A stretch of 64,000 nucleotides of DNA from Octopus vulgaris (GCA_951406725.2 OX597828.1:25110001-25174000), one strand, 5' to 3'. Shown: positions 13,790-28,146, counted from the stretch's first letter. Notes: generated from the letters alone by a model not told the origin. Translations and numbers: made by a program.

Positions 13790-14192
13790 GGCGCAGGAGT
13801 GGCTGTGTGGTAAGTAGCTTGCTTACCAACCACACAGTTCCGGGTTCAGACCCACTGCGTGGCACCTTGGGCAATTGTCTTCTACTATAGCCTCGAGCTG
13901 ACCAAAGCCTTGTGAGTGGATTTGGTAGACGGAAACTGAAAGAAGCCCGTCTTATATATATATATATATATGTATATGTGTGTGTTTGTGTGTCTGTGTT
14001 TGTCTCCCCAACATCGCTTGACAACCGATGCTGGTGTGTTTACGTCACCTTTACTTAGCGGTTCGGCAAAAGAGACCGATAGGATAAGTACTAGGCTTAC
14101 AAAGATAAGTCCTGGGGTCAATTTGCTCGACTAAAAGGCGGTGCTCCAGCATGGCCGCAGTCAAATGACTGAAACAAGTAAAAGAGAAAAGA
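13790..14192 (+). mobile_element. SINE family A, full length
   Basis: Near-consensus copy, inverted relative to 12895-13306. Confidence 0.92.
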
Positions 14193-14624
14193 GACAGAGA
14201 AACTCACGAAACGGTTTCCAAGGTGGAGGAAAGAAAGCACTGAGGTTATAAAAGAGGTTTTAGACTTGATGGGCAAGGATGGATTAGTTTTTGGGTAATG
14301 AAAAATGACATTTTGGAAGGGATTGTTGATAGAAAAACACAAGAAGACGCATCTTTTTTTGTCTTTTTGTGAAGATTTTCGTTTAAATTCCGCTGAAAAC
14401 ATAAACACTCAAAGACAGCAGCAGCGGCGTGATTATAACGACAAAAAAACTGGCGCAGTTAAACCGTTCTGCCAATTCTAAGTCTTTGAAGGAAGAATAT
14501 TGTTGCGAAATGTTTCCTGGTTAATAGCAATGTAAACTTGTGAAAAGATTTAAAACAAATGCATTGATAAATTTGGTCGATGAAATGGTGAAATTTTGGT
14601 TGCCAAGTAATTGAATACTTTCCA

Positions 14625-14717
<93 letters not shown>

Positions 14718-14721
<4 letters not shown>

Positions 14722-14899
14722 GGTCCCGGGTTGATTCGGGGTTAACCACAGTAAGTAAGGTACTCAATACATAGCAGAGTAAAATTAATTTATTATATAG
14801 AAGGAGTTTACAGGACAGTACTGTTTCATTCAAGAGAAATCTTCCTGAAGATTTCTCTTGAATGAAACAGTACTAGTCCTGTAGAAGCTCCTTCTATAT

Positions 14900-14904
<5 letters not shown>
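14718..14904. mobile_element. Fold-back element in (TA)n with hammerhead-like motif (Penelope pLTR-like)
   Basis: Palindrome 14790-14904; CTGAAGA(14845)..GAAA CAGTACT(A)G TC. Confidence 0.6.
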
Positions 14905-14997
<93 letters not shown>

Positions 14998-15019
14998 CAT
15001 ATACGTAGACGCATATATA

Positions 15020-15173
15020 TTCCCAACCTAATGGTTCCGGATTCAATCCCAGGGCGTGGCACCTTGGCCAAGTGTCTTCTAATATAGCCTCGGGCCGACC
15101 AAAGCCTTGTGAGTGGATTTGGCGGACGGAAACTGAAAGAAGCCCGTCGTATACACACACACACACACACACA

Positions 15174-15225
<52 letters not shown>

Positions 15226-15300
15226 CAACCGGTTACTTAGCGGTTCGGCAAGAGAGACCGATGGTCGTAGTCAAATGATTGAAACAAGTAAAAGAATTTA
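15020..15300 (+). mobile_element. SINE family A, internally deleted
   Basis: Head/core plus fused tail pieces. Confidence 0.75.
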
Positions 15301-15599
15301 AAAAATACACACACACAAATATATATATTTCACACACGCACACACACATATATGAGTGTGTGCATGTATGTATATATGTATGTGTATTTTGTCGGTGTGT
15401 GTGTTTTGAGAAATTAATCAACGGTGATTAATATTAGTAATCTATATGCAGATTAATTAATCCGTTACAAGATTGTTACACATTGTGTCACGCCTATTCC
15501 AGCTGTGAATAACGTTATGGGTACATGTATCAGGCGAATACTCTGCCAGTTACACGATAATTGAACAATAAACGGGTAGTTCCGACGGACATCCACTCA

Positions 15600-16150
15600 T
15601 ATACATACATACATACATACATACATACATACATACATACATACACACGTACATACATACATACTTACAAACGTACATACATACATACATACATACATAC
15701 ATACATACATACATACATACATACATACATACATACATACACACGTACATATATATATATGACAAATAGTGAGGGATTAAACCTATCAGTAATGTACCTA
15801 TAATGACTACTGGAAACAGTTGTAAGCCAGATTTGCTCAGATAAAGGAATTATAGGTAATGACCGTTATTTTTAAACTGTTTCTTATATACATACACAGA
15901 CACACACATACATATATATACATACATACATACATACATACATACATACATACATACACACATACATACATACATACATACATACATACATACATACATA
16001 CATACATACATACATACGTACGTACGTACATACATACATACATACATACATACATACATACATACGTACGTACATACATACATACATACATACAGACATA
16101 CATACATACATACATACATACATACATACATACATACGTACATACATACA

Positions 16151-16181
<31 letters not shown>

Positions 16182-16194
16182 GTGTGTATGTGCC

Positions 16195-16232
<38 letters not shown>
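15600..16232. repeat. (TACA)n arrays
   Basis: Direct reading; interrupted at 15760-15885. Confidence 0.9.
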
Positions 16233-16233
<1 letters not shown>

Positions 16234-16804
16234 CGTGAGTTCTCCGCAGTCAACTATAAAAATTCGTGTTGTTCCATACAACTACGTTGTTATGGCTTCT
16301 TACGTAATAGACATGGTTATAACGTAGTTGTAGATCACCCGAAACAGCTGTCAAAATAAAGCTATTACGACATTCCACGTGTCTTTTGTTTTTGTGGTGG
16401 ATTGTACTTCATATAAATATTAGCATACCCGTGTCGGCAAAATTACCGGCAGTGTTATTAAAGATAGAAAATGGCACGTCAACAAAATGGTTTCTAGCCT
16501 AGATTCAATGCTCCTTCATTGGAATTTCAGCATCAACGACAGGATATTTTTGTTTGTTTGTATGTATGTATGTCATTGTTCAGTTTTATAACAAGATTTC
16601 TTGCCAGTAGAGAAAGAGCCGGTTTCTAGCCTAGATCCAAGGCTCCTTCGTTGGAATTTCAACATCAACAACAGGATATTTTTGTTTGTTTGTTTGTTTG
16701 TTTGTTTGTTTGTATGTATGTATGTATGTATGTATGTATGTATGTATGTATGTATACGTGCAGATTTGTATGTTTTGCTTTATGTACGTATTCTCATGCA
16801 TATA

Positions 16805-17036
16805 TATTTCTGTATTGCCCACAAGGGGCTAAACATAGTGGGGACAAACAAGGACAGACAAACGGATTAAGTTGATTACATAGACCCTAGTGCGTAACTG
16901 GTACTTTATTTATCGACCCCGAAAGAACGAAAGGCAAAGTCGACCTCGGCGGAATTTGAACTCACAGCGTAACGACAGACGAAATACGGCTACGCATTTC
17001 GCCCGGCGTGCTACCGTTTCTGCCAGCTCGCCGCCT
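16805..17036 (-). mobile_element. SINE family B (tail type 1)
   Basis: 16 bp TSD TATTCTCATGCATATA (16789-16804/17037-17052). Confidence 0.92.
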
Positions 17037-17300
17037 TATTCTCATGCATATAGTTGCATATCTAGACATGCTCATACATATTTACATGCTAAATTTCAGA
17101 AAAGTTGTATGTTTGTATATATGTATGTATGTTCGTTCTAGGTCTTATTTTTCTAGTTTCTAACTAATGAACAAAGAGCTTGCTGTTAACCTTGAAATAA
17201 GACACTCGTTTTATTTCTATTCCTGAGCACCATACTAATACATTTGTTTGTTTGTACTCCACCTGCCTTCGTCTTTTGTTTATTTTCGTAAAGCTTCCCG

Positions 17301-17353
<53 letters not shown>

Positions 17354-17574
17354 TGTTTGTTCTTAAACACGCATTCATCTATGGTATACAAATATTTGTA
17401 CATGTGGATCTTGTGGATCTTATATTACATACTGAACTTCACGAATTAACGAGTGTGTGTGCATGTGTTATATTATATGGTTTTCTTCTGCTGAGCATGA
17501 TCTGTAAAAGGTATTTTCTATGTTTTGTTCGACAACGTGTGAGAGCAGGTGGAGAGCATGTATACGTGTGCGCT

Positions 17575-17786
17575 TGCGTATCGCTAGTCACTAAACCTTT
17601 TTTTTCTTTTTTCTCACTCTGTTTATTTTTGTGTTCTTTTCTGTCGAAGAGCGTAGGCTCGAGACGTAGAAGACTTTTTCACTGCCCGAGCGTTAAACTA
17701 ATACATCTGTTTGTTGTCTACACACCTGTCTTCGTCTTTTGTTTGTTTTTTGTTTTTTTTGGGGTTTTTTGTATTTTGTATATTCT

Positions 17787-17823
<37 letters not shown>

Positions 17824-18010
17824 TAGTTAGAATTCACAAAAAAAAACAAAAGACGAAGACAGGTGGTGTAGACAACGAACAGATGTATAACGCTCGGGAA
17901 GTGAAAAAGTCTTTTAACATTTCGTGCCTACGCTCTTCGACAGAAAGGAACACAGAAAGAAACAAGGAGAGAAAATAAAGAATGCGTAGTAGCCAGCGAT
18001 CCATCATGGC
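17575..18010. mobile_element. Inverted pair of Penelope pLTR-like repeats separated by (TA)n
   Basis: CTGTCGAAGAGCGTAGGCTCGA.ACG..TGTCTTCGTCTTTTG at 17640-17745 and its reverse complement at 17845-17945; related pieces near 17215-17300, 21300-21410 and 34340-34500. Confidence 0.65.
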
Positions 18011-18431
18011 GATATATATACATCTTTATAGTTACACACATACGTATACAAATTTATACGTATATGTGTGAGTGTATGTGTGCGTGTGTGCGTGCGTGTA
18101 TGTGCGTGTGTGTGTGCGCGTGCATGCGTATGTGTGTATGCGTTTATATTGCGTCTGTACGTAAGGATCGGTATATAGGCAGGGTTTGGTAAACTTTTTA
18201 AATGGCAGTAAATTTATTGATGAATTTGGCTGGAAGTGGACGGAGGACATGTTTCTTCTCATGAACGACAAAGTGCATTTTTATCTCTCTAGTTACATAA
18301 ACGAGCCAATTCCCTCCCTTATTTGGTCGGCCAGCGACTTATGTCACCATCATGAGCGCTCCTTCTTTGTGACTGTATGATAGTGAGGTCTTGTGTGACA
18401 AAGGTTGAGTATGACAGCGCGCCATCTTTTC

Positions 18432-18683
18432 GAAGAAGAAGAAGAAGAAGAAGAAGAAGAAGAAGAAGAAGAAGAAGAAGAAGAAGAAGAAGAAGAAGAA
18501 CAACAACAACAAGAACAAGAACAAGAAGAACAAGAAGAAGAACAAGAAGAACAAGAACAAGAACAAGAACAAGAACAAGAAGAACAAGAAGAAGAACAAC
18601 AACAAGAAGAACAAGAAGAAGAAGAACAAGAACAAGAAGAAGAAGAAGAAGAAGAAGAACAACAACAACAACAACAACAACAA
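18432..18683. repeat. (GAA/CAA)n microsatellite
   Basis: Direct reading. Confidence 0.95.
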
Positions 18684-19124
18684 GATTTTCTCATTTTAAA
18701 AATCTTCTTTGGCTAATCGTTGAGAGGACGTGGGTGTTATCTCGGCGGAGGTTTGCGCTCTCTGAATGCTCTTGTTTTCTTTGGTAATATTTATCAATAA
18801 ATCTCGCAGAGAGAATGAGGTCTAAGCTGCTATTTGTTTGCGAATTAAGGTAATATCTTACGATATAAAACTACACCTGACACAAAATATCTAGGATAGA
18901 TTACAGTTACGTGTGAGTAACAATAGGAAGTTTGGGGTTGTTGTTATTTTCAAGATTAGATAAATATGTATTTATTGTGTTATTTCTGTGTTTGTGAAAG
19001 GGCAGACATTGTTGTCTGCTTTCAGATAAGGTTTGTTACCATTATATCTTTACCGACATTGTATACTTTACAAAACTATTTGGTTTCATTGTCTGAGTTT
19101 GACCCAACATTAATACATATGCAT

Positions 19125-19174
<50 letters not shown>

Positions 19175-19403
19175 CAGTTTGTGTATGGGTGAGTATCCAT
19201 ATAGCTATATGCTTCTCTTGGCCATTACACACGCTCAAACATTTACGCATACAAGTGCACACACGCGCGTATGTGTATATACATACCATACTTACACATG
19301 TCTCTCTCTCTATATATATATATGCGTGTGTGTGTGCATGTGTAGATTTATAAGTAAATATATATATATATGTATATATATATATAATGGAATAATTATA
19401 TAC

Positions 19404-19679
19404 TGTATAAAGGATCGTGGGTAAGACCAAAACAATGCGAAGTAAATGCAAAATAAATCACAAGAAAACAAATATGTGAATTAATGTATTCAATATTTCG
19501 GGGCTATGACCCCATTTTCAAGACATTGTCGAATGTTGCCGATGTTTCTTGATAATGGGGTTATAGCCCCGAAATATTGAAAACAAGATAAGTCTACATT
19601 AATTTCACATATTTGTTTTCTTGTAATTTACCTTGCATTTACTTCGCATTATTTTGGCCTTAACCACGATTCTTTATAC
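19404..19679. mobile_element. ~280 bp fold-back element in TA tract (Penelope pLTR-like)
   Basis: Arms are imperfect reverse complements, centre about 19540; degenerate hammerhead-like core. Confidence 0.65.
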
Positions 19680-19799
19680 TATATATATATATAAACATAC
19701 ATACATACATACATACATACACACACACACGCACACACACACACACACACACATAATGTGATGGCTTACCGCTGCATGAAGAATATATATAGCAAGTGG

Positions 19800-20178
19800 G
19801 TTTTTTTCTTGTTTTAGTCATTGGACTGCGACCATACTAGGGTGCCACCTCGAGAGGTTAAGCCGAACAAATCGATCCCCAATACTTATTTTCTCTTAAA
19901 CTGGAACGTATTTTATCAGTGTGTTTTTTGCCTAACCGCTAAGTGACCAGGAATTAAACAAACCAACACCGCTTGTCAAACAATTGTAGTGGTGGTGGGG
20001 GGGATAACAGTAGCGAGCAAACACAAACAGAAAGATACACACACACACACATGCATTCACAAGGCAGTGTTCAGCCGGGGACCGTACCAGAAGACACATG
20101 ATCAAGGTACCACGCAGTGGGACTTAACCCACGTCCACGTGGTTGCAGATCAAGCTTCGTAACCACACACACATGCCT
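19800..20178 (-). mobile_element. SINE family A (diverged)
   Basis: Tail, body and head motifs recognisable. Confidence 0.75.
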
Positions 20179-20292
20179 TAGACACACTTTTACTGAAAGC
20201 GACACCCACAAATAAGCTTCATTTGACAATATTTTGGCCATTAACATCGCTGAAAATCCTTGTTTACAACGAAAAGATTTCTATCTGTCTCT

Positions 20293-20354
<62 letters not shown>

Positions 20355-20864
20355 TCTCTCTCTTTCGTTGCTCACTCGTGACCATTGTCTAGTTTCCTTT
20401 TCCTCACGTGACCATCTTTCTTTTCCTTCACAGACGTTCAAAAGAACGGACGTTTTTTTCCTCCCGTCAAAAACATGTTTCTCCCAGTGTTCACTATTTT
20501 CCTCTCGTTATGGTCTAACGACCTTCCAGGTTTGTTTTCCTTCGGTTTCCTTGAATGTCTCCACTGTCATGGTTTTGCTCCCAGCTTTGACCCTCCATAA
20601 ATCCTGAATTTTATTTCAGAATTTTTAAGAGCAACTGTCTTTAAAGATTCATATTGTCATTGAATGCTCGATATGAGGAGCAGATAGACAGCCGACAACT
20701 GATGAAGGGTCCTTTCTCTGTGTTTACTTGTCCTATTCTCCATTTTTTCTCGTTTATGTATTTAACCTGTTTGTTTACGTATTTCATGTTGTTTGAACCG
20801 TTGGTGATGGCCTGTATCCATATATGCATGTACACACACACATACACACACACACATACACACA

Positions 20865-21270
20865 CATCATTCATCATCATCATTGTTCGTCCGTGGTCGA
20901 GACAATGGAATTTACTATGTTACGCCAGACTTCACGGTCCATCATAGCATTACGGAGGTCCTGTTGCTGGATGCCTGTATCCCTGGAGATTACATCAGGG
21001 TAGGAGAGTGTGCGCCCTCTGGTATTGCGAGTAGATGGCTTCCAGAGGAGAAGAGTAGAAATTACTTCTTTTTCAGCTCTACAACAATGTCCAGCAAACT
21101 GGACTCTCCTACCTTTCACAAGAGATGACACAGGTGGTAATTTCCCATATATTTGCATTTTGGTTGGATGGCGCTTCCACGAGAGATTTTGAGCTCTCAT
21201 AAGGAGGCGAGTGTAGGTTCCATCCAACCGCCTCTCAAGCTTCTTTGATAACGTCCAGGTTTCACACATT
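20865..21270 (-). mobile_element. RTE/RTE-X clade LINE, 5'-truncated 3' end
   Basis: ETWTL...RRLDG.YTRLL...SW..H......RR..FAGHC.R...LLW.P...RGR..DRE.WR; stop followed by (TGA)n tail. Confidence 0.88.
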
Positions 21271-21749
21271 CATACGCACACACACACACATATAATTATA
21301 ATGGCTCAAAGCGTGAAAGGCTCTTCTGTTTTTCCTGACCGTCAGACTAACAACTCTTGTTTGTTGTTGCCTCATCTGTCTCTGTCATATGTTTTTTTTT
21401 GTATAGTTTTCAAACAATCACACACAAACACACGCACATATATATATATATATTGGTTGATTACGTGATTGACTGATTTCTCCAGTCACATTTTACATCA
21501 CATAGAGTAAAGGGAGAAAAGGTAAAAGAGAGATACAGAGAGAGTGTCACTGGCTTAATGGACATATTAGGCTTGGTGGCTGACAATGAGTAAATGAGCG
21601 CTATCCTGACGCACACAATCAAAAAGAAAGAATTGTATAGACAGAGAAGGAAGAAGAGGGAAGAGAAGGGGGAGGAGGAGGAGATGACGATGATGATGAT
21701 GATGATGACGATTAACACGATGAATTTTATGTTTTGATTATTATTTGTA

Positions 21750-22020
<271 letters not shown>

Positions 22021-22512
22021 ATATATATACTTTAATTCCAAGAAAGTTAGAGGTTGTGAATCCAACCAACTAAGGGATAATATCTATCCAATATACTGCT
22101 GGTAGAATAACCAATTATTAATACACAAGTGTTTTTTCATTGCATGGCAGTTACATTATCGAGTGTAATAAAAGGGTGAGGGTGAAGAGTTATTTTAGCA
22201 ATAATTTATAGAGCAATAAGAAAATGGAGGAAATCAATAGGTAGTTCACCAACTTTTAGACATTATATTATGTCAGCCTTATTGTAGCTGCTCAAGATCA
22301 AGCACTAAAAACAAACAACTCGAGAAAATTATGTGTGTGTCAGCAAAGTGCATATATATATATATATATATTAAATGAAAAAATGTATGGTAAGTAAATA
22401 CGACATAATCAATACTGAGTGTAAAACCGGACGGGTGACAAACACAGAATGTCCCAAAATCTTCATCAGTTATCAACCAATCGCTAAAGCTCAGTTTCGC
22501 ACCTTTAATGAT

Positions 22513-22559
<47 letters not shown>

Positions 22560-22614
22560 GCGTGTGTGTTTGCATGTGTGTGTGTGTCCCTTTGAAATGC
22601 AGATACAATACACG

Positions 22615-22740
22615 TTTGCCATTTGAGTAGACTGGAGCAACGTGAAATAAAGTATCTGGCTGAAGGACTCAACGCGCCGCTATGAGTCGATCTCATGAAC
22701 TTATGCTCGTGAGCTGAATGGCTTGACCACTAAACCACGC
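22615..22740 (-). mobile_element. SINE family E fragment
   Basis: ACTGGAGCAACGTGAAAT shared with 6260; another relic at 44590-44790. Confidence 0.6.
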
Positions 22741-22936
22741 AGCTTCACACACATACACGTGTGTGTGTGTGTTTGTATGTGTGTGCATGTGTGTATGTGC
22801 ATGTTTGTATGCGTGTATGTGTGTCTATGTGTGTGTATGTGCGTGTGTCTTTGTGTGTACGTGTGTGTATATATGTGTGTATGTGTGTGCATGTGTGTAT
22901 ATGTGTATGTATGTGTGTGTATTTGTGTATGCATGC

Positions 22937-22994
<58 letters not shown>

Positions 22995-22999
22995 CAAAT

Positions 23000-23450
23000 A
23001 CAAAAAATGGGACAAGAATGCAACAGACGACAACAAAACATCCAGCCAGTTAGATGATACAAAATGGGACAAGAAAAAATAAGGACAGGTCATACGGAGT
23101 TTTCTTTCCTCAGTCGAGTTCCAGGTCATCTTTGCAGTTTCGGCTGGTTATACTCGTGACTGCTCCAATCTGGCCAGCCCTAAGGAATATCTAAGCTAAG
23201 AACACTAGATACCTTGGAAGAAAGCAGCGAATGTATACGAAAACAAGGACGTAAAAAAAACAGAGAACTGGTACACAAATACAAATGCAAACACCAGGAC
23301 ATTAACAACAGGTGTCTTTCGACTAAGGACGAATTAAATTAAGCTGACGTAACAGGTGACAGGCATGGGAAGGAATATAGATGTTGCACGGATGGTAGTC
23401 GAACCAAGAAATAATGGTCAGGCTTGACAGAACACCGGTCACGTGGAAGG
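23000..23450 (-). mobile_element. Unclassified repeat, possibly Penelope-like
   Basis: 23105-23150 is the reverse complement of 27908-27950 (CAGCCGAAA.TGC.AAGATGA.CTGG..CT.GACTGA.GA). Confidence 0.45.
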
Positions 23451-23753
23451 AGAGGAGAGAGGTAGAGGCAGATGGGTAGAAGAATTAGGGAGGGACGAGA
23501 AAGAAAAAAAGAAAAGGGACAGAGTGAAGGGAAAGAGGCGGGAAGGTGAAAATGAAAGGAAGGGCAAGAAATGAGAGGGGTGGGCGAAATAAAGAAGAGT
23601 GGAAAGAACGAAATAAGTGTGAAGGGGCTATTGTGTAATTTTGTCGTCTCAGCTTGTTTAATGGCCTACTGCATGCAAACGATTCGTTTTAATGATAGTA
23701 AATTTGTTCACGATATTCTCCAGGGTATTCTATCTGTTTTATTGTAAAGCTGC

Positions 23754-23813
<60 letters not shown>

Positions 23814-24005
23814 TGTATGTGTCTCTGTATGTATGTATGTAATGTATGTGTCTCTGTATGTGTATGTGACACTTGCCTAAGATGCCACGCAGTGGGACTG
23901 AACCCGGAACCATTGTGGTTGGGAAGCAAGCGTCTTACCACACAGCCACGCCTGTGCATACTTAAGTAAAAAAAGTAAACAATAGTGTACTTAGTAGACA
24001 CTTGT

Positions 24006-24036
<31 letters not shown>

Positions 24037-24564
24037 GGTGGTGGTGGTGGTGGTGGTGGTGGTGGTGGTGGTAATGGTGGTGGCGGCGGTTGTGCTTCAA
24101 GTGTCCCTGTTGTTTACGTAGAATCAATAAATCATTCTGATTATTAGAATATCACAAATCATTAATCATTAGAATTATTATTAAATGGCATCTTGATCGA
24201 TTTTTTTCCCATTCATCTATGTCGTGGGTCGTTTTATGGTGGTGGTGGTGGTGGTGGTGGTGGTGGTGGGGTATATTTCAGAGATCGATAGAAAAAATAT
24301 CAGTCATATAATAGTGTCGCTATAACTCCCTCGCCTCGCCTCCATCCTTCATACACATCACCCACCTACCCACACACCCACCCACACAGACACACACTCA
24401 ATCTGAAATATTCTTGTGACCTTTTTTATGGTAGACATCATCATCATCGTCATCGTCATCGTTATCATCGTCATCATCATCATCATCATCATCGTCATCA
24501 TCATCATTGTCATCATCATCATCGTCATCATCATCATCGTCGTCGTCGTCGTCATCATCCTTAT

Positions 24565-24746
24565 GAAGGCGGTATTTAGTGGTATTTCGTCTACTGCTAC
24601 GTTCTGAGTTCAAATTCTGCCGAAATCGACCTAGCCTTTCATCCTTTCGAAGTCGATAAATTAAGTACCAGTCAAGTACTGGGGTCGATGTAATCGACTT
24701 ACCCCCACCCGCACAAATTTCTGGCCTTGTGCCTATAGTAGAAAGG

Positions 24747-24812
<66 letters not shown>

Positions 24813-24834
24813 GTTATTATTGTTATTATTATTA

Positions 24835-24928
<94 letters not shown>

Positions 24929-25312
24929 CAGAGCGGTGAGCTGGCAGAATCGGTAACGCGCTGGACGAAATGTTTAACGGTGCTTCGCCCGTCGCTACGT
25001 TCCGAGTTCGAATTCCACCGAGGTCGACTTTGCCTTCCATTTTTTACCCTGAAACTGCTGGCCTTGTGCCAAAATTTGAAATCATTATTATTGTTAGGGC
25101 GCTGAGCTGGCAGAATCGGTAACGCGCCGGACAAGATGCTTAACGGCATTTCGTTCGTCTTTACTTTCTGAGTTCCGGTTCCGCCGGGAATCAACCTTAA
25201 CTTTGATCCTTTCGGGGTCGATGAAATAAGTACCAGTTATGTACTGGGGTCGAAGTAATCGATTCATTCCTTCCCTCGAAATTGCTGGCCTTGGACGAAA
25301 ATTAGAAAGAAT
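24565..25312 (+). mobile_element. Tandem cluster of three SINE family B copies joined by (ATT)n
   Basis: Units at about 24565, 24930 and 25096. Confidence 0.85.
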
Positions 25313-25340
25313 AGCACCACTACTACTACTGCTGCTTCTG

Positions 25341-25386
<46 letters not shown>

Positions 25387-25586
25387 GACTACTGCTGCTG
25401 CTGCTACTACCATCATCATCATTATCATCATCAATAACAAAAATATTAACCACAGTAGTAATAGTATCCTCATCATCATCATCATTATTATAACCATAAT
25501 CATCGCCACCATCATCAACTCCATCATCATCACCACCATCATCATCATCTACAAAGAAATTGTTACTGCCACCAAATCATCACCAC

Positions 25587-25618
<32 letters not shown>

Positions 25619-26506
25619 CTAATACCAGCACCGAATTCCGGTTATTTGGATTTTGTTTTGTTTGGGGCCTTTTGTATCAGGTATATATTTCAATAAATTG
25701 TTGTTTGGTTTTAATTAATTTCCAAATTTTAATTAACTGTAATTAAATGAAGCGTCTCCCCACCCCGTTTAAATTACTTTACTGGAGGAGACGCAGTTGT
25801 TACTGTTTAACCCCAGGTCGGTCTGAACGTATTAGACCTGTGACTGATGACGTTCTTGCTGTGACCATCCTGTTTTGCTTTGTTTTGTTTTTGTTTTTGT
25901 TTTTTTTGTTTGTTTTTTGTTTGTTTGTTTTTTTCATCGGATATGGTTCGTCTCTGATCACATATTCTAAGGTGTACCATTTCTCTTCTCATTCAGAAGA
26001 TATGGCTCGATTTGAAGAAGATTTTGGCTGTTACTTCTAGCAGATCAAACAACTGCGCAGAGCCTCCCACCCCCATATTTGCTCATAGTCCGGCTTTGGA
26101 GGATTAAGACCGTAGGAGGTTCTCTTTTAGGCTTGTTGTTGTTGTTGTTGTTGTTGTTCAACCCCAGGTCAGTCCACACGTGTGGAGATACAATATCCAA
26201 ATGTGCCCTTTTAGGGGTCCTTTTGGTGGACGGGGTTAGGGTTTGGCTGCTAATTCTAGGAAATGGTCGGAACCAGAGGTTTCCTCGTTGGCATGTTGTT
26301 ATTTTACCTGTTGCTGATGTTGCCGTTGTTGTTGTTGTTGTTGTTGGTAATGGAGGGGGATGATGGCGTTGGCGGTATCGGAGGTGGTGCTTGGCTTTTG
26401 GCGTGTCTGTGTCTACGTGTGTTACATCTTGCGCGCGCGCGCGTGTGCTTTGAAGGAATATTACAGATTTTTCAATTAAGAGACAAATAACCAGCAATTC
26501 CTTCGC

Positions 26507-26668
<162 letters not shown>

Positions 26669-26789
26669 TACACACACACATACGATGATACATACCATAC
26701 GTCCGCTCATATATACATATTTTCCTATGTACACACACACACACAGACATACACACAATATATCTACATACATACTTACATATATACAG

Positions 26790-26824
<35 letters not shown>

Positions 26825-26887
26825 CAAGAATTGATACATATAACAAAACAATATTCGTAATTACATACATAAATATGTATATATCGA

Positions 26888-26919
<32 letters not shown>

Positions 26920-26970
26920 AGGACAAAAGAAAGAAGGACATTCAACCAATTTATTGAGAGTTACATGTAA

Positions 26971-27032
26971 GGATCAAAACAGTTTGATTCGAATTCGTTG
27001 GAACCAACGAATTCGAATCAAATTGTTTTGAT

Positions 27033-27034
<2 letters not shown>
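26971..27034. repeat. 64 bp near-perfect palindrome next to (TA)n
   Basis: GGATCAAAACAGTTTGATTCGAATTCGTTGG-AA-CCAACGAATTCGAATCAAATTGTTTTGATCC. Confidence 0.9.
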
Positions 27035-27099
<65 letters not shown>

Positions 27100-27110
27100 T
27101 ATATACATAC

Positions 27111-27209
<99 letters not shown>

Positions 27210-27457
27210 GGCGGTGCTCCAGCATGGCCGCTGTCAAACTGACTGAAATATATAAGAAAATAAAAGAATATATATATTGTGTAGATAGATAGATAGATAG
27301 ATAGATACATACATACATACATACATACATACATACATACATACATACACACATACATACATACATACATACATACATACATACATACATACATACATAC
27401 ATACATACATACATACATACATACATACATACATACATACATACATACATACATACA

Positions 27458-27488
<31 letters not shown>

Positions 27489-27682
27489 GGATAAATAGAA
27501 AAATGGGTGGATAGATTAGTAATTACGCATGGGTAGATTGAAAGGGAGCGGGTGTTTTGTATATATTTGTGAATCTTTGCATCCAGACATACACAAAGAC
27601 ATGTTCGCATCCAAAAACAACTTGTTTCTATATGTACCTCTCTTTGTTTATGCATGGCGCGATACCTGAAGATCGATCGATC

Positions 27683-27721
<39 letters not shown>

Positions 27722-27747
27722 GGATAGATAGATAGATAGATAGATAT

Positions 27748-27780
<33 letters not shown>

Positions 27781-27831
27781 AAGATAGATAGATAGATTCA
27801 CAAATATATGCAAAACACAGACACACACATA

Positions 27832-27892
<61 letters not shown>

Positions 27893-28146
27893 TATATATA
27901 TATAAGATTAATCAGCCGAAATTGCGAAGATGATCTGGTTCTTGACTGATGACTGAGAGCTGTGTGTTTTTTTGTCGTCTTCAAAATGTTTCACGTTCTT
28001 GTCCCAGTTTGTGTTTTTTTTAACGTTTACTTATATACTATATATGTGTGTGTGTCTGTATATATATATATATACTGTGTGTGTGTCTGTATATATATAT
28101 ATATACTATATATGTGTGTGTGTCTGTATATATATATATATATATA

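Noticed and set aside
18405-18716. Poly-E/Q protein
   Set aside because: (GAA/CAA)n microsatellite with no splice or domain support
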